From Flectonema sp. DT1601 (taxonomy: Eukaryota), in contig OZ025792.1 in the NCBI GenBank assembly GCA_964019425.1, positions 124,001 through 188,000 of the forward strand: a DNA stretch of 64,000 nucleotides, written 5' to 3'. The position numbers and the translations under genes are program-made. The notes under the pieces are model-generated. The model made no database searches. It was not told the origin of the DNA and worked only from the letters and a program-made list of their open reading frames with translations. Shown in pieces: positions 12,361 through 25,867 of this stretch; the stretch's first letter is position 1, and the number at the start of each line of letters is the position of its first letter.

Positions 12361-13080
12361 TTTAAAACTTTCCTTTTGATATGATAACTGAAGAGTTAAA
12401 TAGAATATTTAGTAAAATATAAACGCAGCGTACATCAAAACTCAATTGTGTATTCACACCCGTACTGACTAACCTGTAAAATTAAACAATGATAAAAAGG
12501 GTTTTTCACGTACAGGAATACTATTCATAGTTAACGACCAGTATGGTAAAGCTGGAATACTGGAAAAAAAAAAAAAAAAAAAAAAAAAACTGTGTAATTT
12601 TTTTTTTTTTTTTTTCCCCCCTTCAAAACCACGGCAAATACTTCATCGATCACAGTAATATCTGAGTTAGGTACAAAAGAAGAACAATTTTTTTTTTTTT
12701 TTTTTTTTTTAAAAAGCTGATTAAAGAAACAAACTGGTTGAATGCAAGACCACAACACCCACTGCGGACAGCAAGAGTTCTAATGCCGCATTGACTTTGT
12801 ATCATCAACAACAAACAAACAATGATTCTAATAGAATGGTTATAGGAGGTATACTATTAAAGCAAAAACGTATACAGAAAAATCAAAACAAAAACAAATA
12901 CTTATACAGAACTGCACTTTTCTTTCGAAGCGCTGCTACAACCCCCCTTCGCAGGAGGGAGGGTCGAAATAATTTTATAAATACGCCTAGACGAAACCTT
13001 TCTTAAAGTATTCAAAGAAATGGTGTGAACTAGAACAAGGGGAAAAAAAAATGAAAAAAAATATTCTAGAAAAGGAAATC

Positions 13081-16000
13081 TTAGTTATGAGCAACACGTG
13101 AGTCACGAATGGCTTCCTGCCGTCTCATCAACGTCCGAGTCTTTCGGGTGGCATCAGGTACCAGTGTTTCAATCTGTTTGTTGGTTTTTCTTTTTTCCTT
13201 TTTCGAAAAACTTAGCATTGTGCTGTATTCATAAAACAATATAAAAGTGCACATACCAACCAATAAGTGCTAAGGAATAGAAATACCAAAGCCAGAGCAA
13301 CTGTGTCGACGGGGTAATCCCAAAAGATGTCACGAAACTCAGTTGACTGAGACATTATTAAAGTGTTTGAAAATATTGCACCGCCTACCAGTCCTTTAGT
13401 AATGACTCGCCAAGGACCTATTCCATGTGCTCGGTGGGGGATGACTCGGTTCCCAATTTTCAAAACCTTAAAAATGTCACCTCGGATCTCAACGAAATTA
13501 TTAACAACTGCGATGATAATTGCGAGTGGACAGACGGCTGAGAATCCGACGACGAACCCAAACTGGATAATCATTTCTGAGAACTCGCCGTACATCTTTC
13601 TAAAGTCTTCTCTCACATATCCTTCACCAGAATGAATTTGAGTAAATCTAATCGCTGATCCCCACACTTTCGGCATTAGTGGTGATACTTGCGACATTGA
13701 CTTCGTGTCAAAACTTTTTCTCAGATAAGGAAGAATATACTCTTTAGCAAACCCGAGGAAAACATCCATTCCAAGACGAGCTGAGATATGTAAAGAAGTA
13801 TTTCTAAATCCGATTTCTTCTCCAAAGTCTGATGAATCTTTAAAGAGAATCCACATAGTCGGACCGTAAGCATTCAGTAACTGCAGTGACATGTATTTTA
13901 TAACAAGTGAACTTGAGAAGTCTCGAGGGTACTTGTGATTTTCAAACTCAGTTAAAACATCAGCGATACTTCGATAAATGACTTCTACAACTGCAACTGC
14001 TAAACTGTGACCAACTGACAACAGTAATAGTAAGATGGTATTCCCTCCTTCTTCACTTGAGTTGGTTGATAATAAAGTAGTTGTGATTGTTCTCGTTGAT
14101 GAAATATCAACAGAACTACTTGAAGGCTTATTCTGGAGGTATTCTCGTACATAAACGAATACCAGGAATTCGAATGCACAAACAACCCAAAAGATCGTCA
14201 ACACGAACGCTGAAAGGACATATCGACTAGTTCTCATCCCTGGAGGGAAGTATGGATCTCTTTTGTGTGGATTAAAGTCATTCGGTTCTGTTAAAAACTT
14301 TCCAGTTTCTTCATCAATCATCGGCCTAAACGTTGCTCTCGGACAGTCTGCTCGCGGCCTAGTAAATACTTTCCACATCGCACCAAGTTCAGTTTCCCTG
14401 CGAGTCCAATTCTTTGTAAATGCAATTCCCCAAAGAATCATAACACCACCGAATACTCCGTGATATTTATTTCTATAAGATGTCTGCAGCTGTATAAATA
14501 AGAAACCCACAGCCACCGGAAACACCATCAGCAACCAAATAACATAACACGACAACCAAGAGAAATAAAACGCTACAGACTCACCAGCGTATTTACGCAA
14601 CTGGGATATTAGTGAAGTGCTCGGGGAAGTAGAAACAGTAAATCCACAGAAAGCTCTCCAGCTGTTGAGAGGATACAGTCCAGTGAATTTAGAAAATAGC
14701 GCATTACTTACTTCTGGATCATGTAAGTAAATTGGAGCTACGCAGGTGATGCATTTTTGTTGTTGGTAATCAACAAGATCAATGTTGGATTCAAAAGGGT
14801 TAAGTAGAATTCGTAACATTCTTATTCGAAGTAGTCGAGTTGTTTGAATGACTTCATGAGGTCTTGCCATAGCTGAGAAAGGTATCAATTCATTATCATC
14901 ATCATCGCTGTCATCGTCTTTTGATGTTTCTCCGTGACCACCTGTTCTGACTTCATTTTCTTTAAATAATTCATGCATTCGATAGCTCGGTATTCGCAGC
15001 ATCCAAGTTTCTGGAACACCAACAGGGGATTTATATATTATTACTCTTTGATCCGTTAATTGTGATTCAAGTTTTGATATTAGTTGGCCATCTGTTTCTC
15101 CAGTTTCTAATGACTGCGGCTTTGTGTTGTCTCGAATCTTCTTCTCAAGTGGTTGCATACAATTACAGCTACATAGTGTTGAGACTTTTCGAATCATAGC
15201 ACCGACTGGATCACTTACAAAGGTTGGTGCTACGTCAGATAAACAAATTAAATAATCAGCATCAGTGATTTCTGCTAAAGGAGGATGCCCAACAAGATTA
15301 ATAATTTCTCTCATTACCACTCCTGACTTGCAGTAGTCAACGGCTTTCAAACCAAACTTATTCTGATGACCTGGATCAACGTGACTCGCTTCTATGAAAT
15401 TAAATAGTTTTGGGTCATCAGTCATGACTAACAAGTGGAGTATACTATCGCCATTGGCATTTACTTTTTCTAAGAGATTGTGATTTCGGAGATGAACAAG
15501 AGTAGATTCAGTTAAAACTGGTCTGAAGTCGAGAAGTGTTTGAAGAAGTTCACTATTATCAGAATGCCTTCCCGATAGAAATATTGATAAGAAATCAGTC
15601 GAATCGACAGATTCATAATGAGCGGCGTAAATATGTTCTTTAGTACCACCTTCTCTGATTGCCATTTCCCATAATTTCTGAGAGTCACATTGTAGTTTAA
15701 ATTGATTTGGATTTTTTTCTCGTAAATGCAAAAGCGTAGAACCGCATTGTGTCAACTGAAACATTGCTAAAAGGATATCACTTCGGTAGGAGAAAGACTG
15801 TTCTGGAGTAGTTAATGTAGGGGCTTCAGAAAAGCTGCCAGTCAGCATTTTAGACATAGTTGCGTCGCTATCATTCTCTGAGTCCACAAGAAGAAATATA
15901 ACACCGTGAGCAGCTGAACAGTATTGAAGCAACTCTTTGGGAAGTTCTGATAGTTTCGGAAGTCTTAAAGCACAAGACTTCCAGTCAGTATCAGCTGGCA

Positions 16001-19000
16001 GCATGCGATGTGAATTCTGATGTGGTGCCGACCGAAGAACATGCCCAATAAGAATCAATGAAAAGAATTTAAACAGAGCACTACTTCCTCTCGTAGCAAT
16101 ACCAGATCCTGGATCAAACAACGCTGTGTCGATAACTACGCGAGAGAACATGTCAGGTGACAATGGGAGAGAAGCACTTCCGTGAGATGGAGACTTCTGA
16201 GAAGCATGCCATACCTCTACAGAAGAAACCAACATAGAGAATGACTCCGAGCATCTAGAAACTAAATGAAGCTCACAGGCAAGTGATAACAACTGCTTTT
16301 CACTATCTTTGTTGGCGGCAGAAGAGATAATTGCTGCGGCGTCTCGCAGGGCTGAGATGCAGTCGAGTCTTACAGAAAGATTCGATGAGTGACGTACTCT
16401 AGTTAATACTTCTTTTGTCGTATCAACAGAACAGTAATTCATTGAATCTCTAATACATCCTGGACTTGGAGGTATTCCATACTTTAGTAGAATTATAGCT
16501 GTTTCAGAATGTCCATTTAAGAGACCATCTGACAAGTGAAACTGCTGAGGGACCGCTCCTACAGAAATCAACTCTTGAACTCCAATGTGTAATCCGTTGT
16601 GAACTGCTAGTGTTAAAGCTGACTTATAGTCGCTGTTGCGAGCACTGATTGTCTTTATTGAAATTGTTTTTACTCTCAGTAAAGTAACGATCTTCTCATT
16701 TCCAAGTTGAGATGGTGAGCACTCTGCTGCACAGTGAAGAATCGTATTCTTGTTGGAGTCGAAATCAGAAAGATCAACGTTAGGATGTTTAGAATTTAAA
16801 ATATCTTTTAAAACAGACAAGTCAGAGTTATCACTACCAGCAGCCTGTAGTAATACAGTCCTACCCCTTTCATCAACTGGGTTCTGAGTGAGTTCTTTAT
16901 TTAGTAACCACCAGGCTAGGAATGTATGTTTTTGTTTTAATGCTAACCCAGCTGGAGTCAGCCCTTGAAAATCCTCCACTACCCAGGATGGATCTTGATA
17001 AGAGCTAATTGCTACCTGAATAAATGTCACAAAATTTCGACTCGCAGCCACGTGAATTGGAGTCCTTCCCAACTCACCCTTAGTTTGGAGAAGTTGGTGG
17101 CATGCCGAGGGATAGTCTCTGAGAAGTCGTTCAGCGAAGTTAACGGAATTCTGTTTGCCATTTGATAATAACGAATGAAATAAATTATCACCACAGCTGT
17201 CACGAATAGCAATCGCAGGAGCAATGTTTGCTTTGATACGTGTGAGTGCTATTTGTAAGCACTCGACGTCACCATTGAGCGCAAAGTAATGGAGAGCAGA
17301 CCTACCCAGTTTATCAACCTGACACAACTTCGTACAATCCTCCAACTGAGATATAGCTGAGGGTGTTGCTATCGCTGTAGCATTGTGATAAGCTAAATTA
17401 AAATCGTGAGGATTTCCCTCAGACATATCACGCAAAGCAGCAATCACCACTCCAGGAACATATTTATTCTGAAGCGCCGTTGCCAATACGGATCTGCCAG
17501 CGCAGTCGGTTGCTTTCTGTAGTTCCACAGAAACACCACATCCTGAAATTATTTTTATGATTTCAACTGCTTCCGGTCGATGGCTCTTCGCCGCGCAATG
17601 TAACGAAGATTCCTTTGAACTGTTGCGGAGTATTACTGCAGCGGCGAATGTTTTCATCTTTCTGGCGTGTTTAAAGAACCCAACAAGACCAAGTTCGGCT
17701 GCCAGATGCACAACACTGTTTTGATGCGAATCCACTACAAGAAGAAGGGGAGCAGAGATCATTTTTACCGCAATAGCATCCAACAATTTAAAAGTACTGT
17801 CTGGAATCTGTGTCAAGTTAGTAGCACTAACCATGAAGTTAATTACTTGGTCGGATGATATCACACCTTCGCTATTAGTTGGATTGTTATTCTCAGATGC
17901 ATTTTTTAAACAACGTAATGCAGCATAACATAATATATGTAAAGGTGTGTACTGACACGGAAGTGATTGCAAAGTCAGGATGTGGTCGGGACAGCGCTTA
18001 GCGAGAGCCATGGCTGAGGGAAGCAATAGTCTAGCACAAACACTGTGAAGAGGTGTTTTTAAAGAAAAAAGTTGCCGTTCTTCGAGAATGTCAGTCGACC
18101 CTGTAGAAGAACAACGAAGAAGAATTGCTACGACATCATCAGTCGAGTGCTGAGCTGCGATCGATAACAACGAACCAGTACAAGCAGGTGATGGACACTT
18201 CATAACAGGTTTAATATCACTATGAGATAATAATCCATCCAACACAAGTGGCATTGAATAGTAAGCTGCGCAGTGAACTGGACTCAGACCCAACTCATTT
18301 GGTGCATTCACATCTAAATATTCTCCAAAGTGTTGTAATAACAAACACGTATACGAAGCAGAAGATCTCAGTTCTGACTCATCAACAGGAGAGGTGCTAA
18401 CAGGGAGTGCGTGACATATTGGAATCTTTGCACCCGACGGTAGACTTTTTATTAGCGCGAGGATTACTTCGCAGACTTGGCCATTTTGCCAAATCTGACG
18501 TCGGAATATACACTCCAAAGTAAGGATAACTGAGGGGAGAGTGAGGTTCAAGTCTGGACACTGCATAATGCGAGTCACGTTAGCGAGTCGTTCTTCTGGA
18601 GAAACTGTCGGGAGCTTTGGAGACAACGGTGCTATTGCAACGACAACAGGATGAATGGCTTCCACAATACCTTTTCCTGTTTCAATTCCTTGAAGGATGT
18701 CAACTGCTTCTGATTGCCTCCAATTCCTCCCCTGCTGACCTGATGACATTCCACTCTCTGTGTGAACCTTAGCAATCATATTAACACCAATTGACTTCAG
18801 TAGTCTTGAAACTAATTGACTCCTACCTGGTAAACATAATGCCCAGTGTAAGGGACTTAGTTGTGTTTCATTTTCCCATTTCAGTGGTTCCTCTGAACAG
18901 AACAATCCTAACGGGTTAAGAACAGAGTACAACAACTCAACGAGATTTGGTGAATGCATTACAGTGAACGATGCAAGTCCCTGACGGCAACCAGACGGAA

Positions 19001-19451
19001 GCGATTCAATGCATAGAGGAGATGATAAGATTCTGTGAACGAGATCAGACTTGTGAAGTAGGACGGCGAGGTGTAAAAGTGTCGTACAAACAGGTGGAAG
19101 GAAATGAGAAAATATCGATGGCACATCACTCGCATTGAATCGGAACTGTCTGATAGCTGCAGCAAGTGTTTCTTCATCAGCTAATTTCATTAGTTTTATC
19201 GTCAGATTGTGATGACCACATGCTAAAGGACGTTCTAATAAAGCAATATCTACCCTGGCCATCTCTCCCATCTCTAGAGCCACTTCTATCAATCCCAAAG
19301 CAACTCCTTCATCGTGACATCCAACAGCACATCGTACTATACTAGGGGTTACAACCTTCCTGGATATATACTTGAATACTTCCTCATAGTGACTTACATC
19401 ACTAAGTAGCTTCACAATTTCGGGTGCGATGTTGTGCTCGCCATCACCCAT
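13081..19451 (-). CDS. Ankyrin-repeat / anoctamin (TMEM16) fusion protein; exons 19451-13257 and 13173-13081
   Basis: Many ankyrin repeats (TPLH, SALHY, TPIHVAA, TILHCAA) precede anoctamin motifs LRKYAGESVAFYFSWL, WTRRETEL, LTEFENHK, EFSEMIIQFGFV, NNFVEIRGD and GIGPW. An 83-nt GT-AG intron at 13174-13256 restores a LVPD-containing tail, IETLVPDATRKTR...HN*. Confidence 0.9.
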
Positions 19452-19698
19452 GACCCGATCTGGAAGAAAGTATAAGTTAATAATAACAAATAATAATAAT
19501 AAAGTGTAACCTACTCAAATAAGAATAAACACTCTTTTATGTCGAATGATAATATTGTAAGGGCATCGTCTTGGTAAAGAGTTGCCAAAACAGTTCAGAT
19601 TAACGACTTTGAGTAATTCAGATATTACAGGTTAGTCATTAATTATGTTATAGTGGTGTAAGTGTGAGTTGTTTTAAGGAGAGGATTAGTTGACTTTT

Positions 19699-20712
19699 TC
19701 AGCTGCATTTGTGTATGTGAACAGCCAACTCGACTACTCTCGTACTGTAGGAGATTTCATTATCGTACCACCCGACTACTTTGATTGACCGATCAGAGAG
19801 GCATGTTGTTGATTTCGAATCATACACAGCAGAGTGAGCATCACCAAGAAAGTCTGAAGAAACACATTCTTCATCACAGAATGCAAGAATTCCACGAAGG
19901 TTACCTTTTTGTGAAGCATTTTGCATAGCCATATCAATATCTTCTTTGATTGCTGGTTTATCAAGTCGGATGGTCAAATCAGCAACCGAAACATCAGCAG
20001 TCGGTACTCTAAAACTCATACTAGTCAGCTTTGAAGACAACGACGGTAATACTTTTTCAACACCTTGGGATGTATTTGTTTTATTACACGGGATAATGTT
20101 GTTTAATATTCCTCGTCCTCCTCGCCAGTCTTTCGATGATGTGGCATCGACTACTTTTTGACTCGCTGTAGCTGACTGTATAGTTGTGATGAAACATTCT
20201 GAGACACCAAAGTAGTCAGAAATAACTTTTAGAAGAACAGAGGCGCAGTTAACGGAGCAAGAACCGCAGGACACAACCGACACGTCTCTCGTATATTGAT
20301 CATCGTTGACACCAATTACGAATGTCGGAGCATCAGAAGAAGGAGTCGTAACAATAACTTTTAAAGTTTTACAATTAGCAATATGTAACTCTGCTCTGTC
20401 TAGTGTTGTGTACACACCAGAACTCTCAACAACAACGTCAATATTGTCTTCTTTCCATGGGATGCTGGAAGGATCTTTGTAGCTGTGAATCTTTATTTTC
20501 TTCCCATCGATTATTAAATATCCATCTTCTCTATAAGTAACGATTCCATCATACTTCCCATGAACACTATCGTGTTTAAATTGATAAGCTATATACTCTC
20601 CATTCACGAAAGGATCATTCAAACTAACAACATCAGCGTCTGGGTGTTTCAAAGCAATTCGAAGGGTCATCCTACCGATGCGACCAAATCCATTAATTCC
20701 AATTTTAACCAT
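19699..20712 (-). CDS. Divergent GAPDH paralog (catalytic His replaced by Gln)
   Basis: [31 protein letters not shown] and WYDNE are present. The active site reads SCGSCSVNC and TTIQSAT. Intronless. Confidence 0.92.
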   Translation of the reverse strand: MVKIGINGFGRIGRMTLRIALKHPDADVVSLNDPFVNGEYIAYQFKHDSVHGKYDGIVTYREDGYLIIDGKKIKIHSYKDPSSIPWKEDNIDVVVESSGVYTTLDRAELHIANCKTLKVIVTTPSSDAPTFVIGVNDDQYTRDVSVVSCGSCSVNCASVLLKVISDYFGVSECFITTIQSATASQKVVDATSSKDWRGGRGILNNIIPCNKTNTSQGVEKVLPSLSSKLTSMSFRVPTADVSVADLTIRLDKPAIKEDIDMAMQNASQKGNLRGILAFCDEECVSSDFLGDAHSAVYDSKSTTCLSDRSIKVVGWYDNEISYSTRVVELAVHIHKCS

Positions 20713-20846
20713 CTGACTGTTAAGAGAGTACAAGGAATATAAATATTAATGAAATTCTGTGATGTATATAAAAAATAATAGAAGGAATGTGAGATGGTAG
20801 AATCATAAAGACTCTCTACTTATAATAAAAAAAGGTGTTGGAGTTT

Positions 20847-21710
20847 TCAATTTTCTCCATCACAGAATCTTCTCAACTCGCCATACCTGACAGAGCTGTC
20901 TTCCGCTTGAGATAATATATCTGATAAATGAGAGTCAAGTTCTGCAAGTTGTGTTTTAATTTCTTCAAATTGCTCAAAATCAGTTGTTGTGTTAGTGATG
21001 AGTGGAATTGTTTGCGCGAATTGTTCTTCTGAAACTAAAAATTGAACGGCAACAGGTGACGGTTGAAACAATCTGGTGCTCACATGTTTTATAATTTCAG
21101 ACATCGGTACTGATAGAATCTGGTTATCTTTTTTAAGTTCATCACGTAACGCAGCTGTGAGTGTCACCATAGAGTTTTCTATTAATTTAGAATCTTCCAG
21201 GTACTTTGTTACTGTTGAAAATATTAATGACCGTCGACTACCTTCCCAAGGAACGATAGAGGCAGCTCTAAGTCCATAAACATCTGCTAAGATTTGATTG
21301 ATTTCATTATTATGAAGACGGAGTTTACTTCCTGTAAAAGATCGTTCCAGTGATAGCAATAATACTATTCTTGATTGAGGTTGTGCTGATTGCTGAATCA
21401 CAAGATGTACACCTGAATAGTCTACATTAGGATTCACGCAATAGCTCATTACTTTCACGCCGTCTGCGGTAACTTCTATTTTACACAACACACCTTGTAA
21501 AGGAATTGACTTGTTGGAACTCTTCCACAATCGAATCTTAATCTTTAACATGTCTCCTTCAGAGACGCATTCTCCAGTAACCTTTGCGGTGGTGCTGAAG
21601 TCATGCTGAGATGTTTGATGATGTTGAAGTCTGTTGGTGAGTTCTTGAGATATATTTAACAGCTGCTGAAGGTCTGAAATGTTAATTTCGGAGGACAACC
21701 AACTAGTCAT
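20847..21710 (-). CDS. Divergent SWIB-domain protein (BAF60/SMARCD-like)
   Basis: RSLIFSTVTKYLEDSKL...MSEIIKHVSTRLFQPSPVAVQFLV resembles the SWIB domain and the following P-x-P-I motif of BAF60. C-terminal coiled coil. Confidence 0.55.
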   Translation of the reverse strand: MTSWLSSEINISDLQQLLNISQELTNRLQHHQTSQHDFSTTAKVTGECVSEGDMLKIKIRLWKSSNKSIPLQGVLCKIEVTADGVKVMSYCVNPNVDYSGVHLVIQQSAQPQSRIVLLLSLERSFTGSKLRLHNNEINQILADVYGLRAASIVPWEGSRRSLIFSTVTKYLEDSKLIENSMVTLTAALRDELKKDNQILSVPMSEIIKHVSTRLFQPSPVAVQFLVSEEQFAQTIPLITNTTTDFEQFEEIKTQLAELDSHLSDILSQAEDSSVRYGELRRFCDGEN

Positions 21711-22454
21711 CTCTGTTGTAGATGTGGTTTTTATGATTACTTTTGTGAGGGTGACGTTGCCGAGCTTTTCTGAGAATTCTCAGACAGTCATTATTTAGTA
21801 AACTGTTTTGAAAAAAAAAAAAGTTTTTTTTTGTTTTGTTTGTTTGTTGATACAATATTCTCTTATCTTCATGGTCTCTTTTTTTTTTTTTTTCAACGTT
21901 TTTTTTTTTTTTTTCATATAAGCGAGCGAATAATCAGGGGACAGACTGATGCAGGCACCCTTAAAAACGTTTTATTAGGATCTTTTTTTTTTTTTTTTGT
22001 CCTTTTATTTAAGATAAGCAACCTTGACTCTCTAAAGATCTGATTAGAAATAGACTCGTGAGTGTTGCTGCTTATCTGAACGTTATAAGGCTACCTGCTC
22101 TGAACCCGAGGTGTTAATGAGAGGGAAAAAAAAGAGAGAGAAAACAAAAAGAAATCAAGAATTAAAACGCGTTACTGGGATCGCATCGCTGCTACAGCGT
22201 CGTTTCATTCCGATGTATTAGTGTTTTCCCTAATTTCTTAATTTTCCGCTCCTTAAAATCTTTTTTTTTTTTTTTTTAAATTTTCTCTTGTAATAATAAA
22301 AAGGGGGAGAAGTATCCTTCACTGTGTTAATATCACGCACTATTCGAATTGTTATATTAGTAAGTGACAATAAAAAAAATAAAAAGTTACATTACTGCAG
22401 TACTCTCAGTAAGTAATTCAGAATTGTATAATGTCTTAGGAGTAGGTTACATTA

Positions 22455-23594
<1,140 letters not shown>

Positions 23595-23970
23595 TCAGAA
23601 TATGAAAGTGATAAAACAGTAACGTAGAGAACTCATCACATATCGTGGCTATCTAAGGAATTATAATGAAACTAAATTAGAAGAAAAGACGACAACAACG
23701 AAAGGGCAAACAGTAACAAGGGCGTTGTGTAAAATGACAAACCAGAAAAGTATGTCTGCAAGGAGTAGAAACTCAGCAGTAAAGTATATGAGAACACATA
23801 GGTTTTATGTCGCTCATCGTAACTCCGCAATACGACGCTGTGGAAATATTAATTTCCTCCGATATGACTGCGGTAAAGAACACAGTCGTCGTCTGGTACG
23901 GTATTCTGTACCTCAGATTAAGACTTCTTGTAGTCTCATAGTAAACAACAACAGTCGTCATAGGTTGACG

Positions 23971-25374
23971 CTATGATGTCTTTAACTTTTCTTTCAATCG
24001 TTTCACTTCATTTTGGTAACTCTGCAGTTCTGCTGTAAGGTTACTAACTTCCATCTTCAGCTGCTCGCTCTCACACTTTTCTTTAATCCAATTCTGACGG
24101 GACTCATCAGCCATTGTTTGGTGCTGTTCAATTAATTTATCGCGGGATTCGATTTCGCACAGAAGATCGGCATTTTCTGGGGAAGACAATTGAGATTTTA
24201 GATTCAGGATTTCAACATCCTTTACTTGAAGACTATCTAAGAAAACATTATTCATGATTTCTAATTCTGTAATCTGTTCTCGTAATTGGATAACATCATC
24301 TTCTTCAGTTGAGTCGCTGCACCTGTCAGACTCTGAACCGTTCTCTAGACAGTTGACACTACCACTTTCTGTTCCATTGTGAATCTTATCCTTGACGTGA
24401 GTAGATCCACTGTTATAAGATACCATTACTTCTCCTAAAGCAGTTCTTTGAGGAATAATCGGATCACATCCAACTTCTGTCATCTCTTTTAGTGTTTGGT
24501 ACTTTGTATCAGCGGGTATCGTTACTTCTTCGATAGGTTTACAGAAATTTAAAGATGTTTGTTTACAATGTTGAGATACAACAGTTGATGATAATAAAGT
24601 GATATGTCTATCGTACTCGTCTGCTATACTTCGTAGTTCAGAAGTAAACTGACAAGTTGATGCTGACATAATCTGATTTAGTAGTCCTCTGTATACCTCC
24701 AGCTGTGTTTCACTAACTCGAAGTTCTTTTGCCATTACTGTTGTCGCGCATGTCGATTTGCTATTCTGCGATTCCGTTTTCATCTTAGCGAACCAGCTGT
24801 GAATTCGTTGCAGCTCTGGGGACTTTTTAACTTCTGGTTTTCGACGTTTCTTCTTTCGTTTTTTTCGTTTTTGAAACTTCACAGCTGCGACTGCTTTCAT
24901 TAAGTCTGTCAATGTTGAGGTCTCTTGACGGGAGAGTGGGATTTCCTTCTTTGATGAGAAGGCTGCAGCAGCTGGCTGAGTGACGAGAACTTCTGGAAGA
25001 GACTTCGTACGGATTTCAGGAAACGGCGGAGTGATCTGAAGCTCTACTTCAGGCGGTTTTCTTTGAGAGTATTGTTGTTGTTGTTGCAGAGCGTCTTGCT
25101 CGTTTTCAAGTCTGCTCACTTCATAATGATAATGATGAATAGCTGGCGGTAATCTCTTCATCGAATTACCGACTTTTTCCTGAGCAACAATAAGTGACCC
25201 AATACCCTTTCGATCTTTAGCCGCTATGTTCATCTTCATCTCCTCAAACTTTCGAGAAACTGGCATCAGTCCTGCATTCCGAGTGTTCTTCCTTAGGTAG
25301 TCAAAACCTGTTGGCTGAATACTTTCTTCTTGAAAGTTACCCAGGTCAGGAAGCCTCATGTTTTGTAGCGTCAT
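23971..25374 (-). CDS. Hypothetical coiled-coil protein with a basic NLS-like tract
   Basis: Long ORF containing KRKKRKKKRRK and C-terminal heptads. ATG at 25374 follows a T-rich AG. Confidence 0.7.
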   Translation of the reverse strand: MTLQNMRLPDLGNFQEESIQPTGFDYLRKNTRNAGLMPVSRKFEEMKMNIAAKDRKGIGSLIVAQEKVGNSMKRLPPAIHHYHYEVSRLENEQDALQQQQQYSQRKPPEVELQITPPFPEIRTKSLPEVLVTQPAAAAFSSKKEIPLSRQETSTLTDLMKAVAAVKFQKRKKRKKKRRKPEVKKSPELQRIHSWFAKMKTESQNSKSTCATTVMAKELRVSETQLEVYRGLLNQIMSASTCQFTSELRSIADEYDRHITLLSSTVVSQHCKQTSLNFCKPIEEVTIPADTKYQTLKEMTEVGCDPIIPQRTALGEVMVSYNSGSTHVKDKIHNGTESGSVNCLENGSESDRCSDSTEEDDVIQLREQITELEIMNNVFLDSLQVKDVEILNLKSQLSSPENADLLCEIESRDKLIEQHQTMADESRQNWIKEKCESEQLKMEVSNLTAELQSYQNEVKRLKEKLKTS

Positions 25375-25585
25375 GTCACTAGCTTCCCTAACAATATAAA
25401 GTGAGTTATGAAATAGAAAACACTGATATTGTCGATCTCCAGTAAAGTAATCATCTTTGTGCTCTGGTATAAAAGGGGGAAAAAATTCTTTTTTTTTTTT
25501 TTTATAGGTAAACAACATTCTGAATTGAAAATAACAAAAAAAAAAAACATTATTATTTTTTTACACTTAATTCTTTTTTTTTCTG

Positions 25586-25692
25586 TACCGACGTAGTCGG
25601 AGAAGAAACTATTCAGATTGAAAGCCGGTATTTCTTATGGTCATGATTTATTTTCCCCGTGCGACAGGATTTTGTCTGCGTTCAACGAAATA
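25586..25692 (-). repeat. Dispersed repeat family A, most complete copy (inverted)
   Basis: Reverse complement reads TATTTCGTTGAACGCAGACAAAATCCTGTCGCACGG...ATGACCATAAGAAATACCGGCTTTCAATCTGAATAGTTTCTTCTCCGACTACGTCGGTA. Confidence 0.85.
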
Positions 25693-25867
25693 TAAGGCTA
25701 ACCTGAATGGTTATAAATTGCGGCATAAACAGTCGCACCTTGTTGCCAGCACATTGAGAATAAAAATTGATTTATACTCTCCCTTACTATTGTAGTCGGA
25801 AGATGACTACTCAGGACGCGGGCAACCTAATTTCAGGTAGGTTCTCAATCTATATAAGAATACCATA

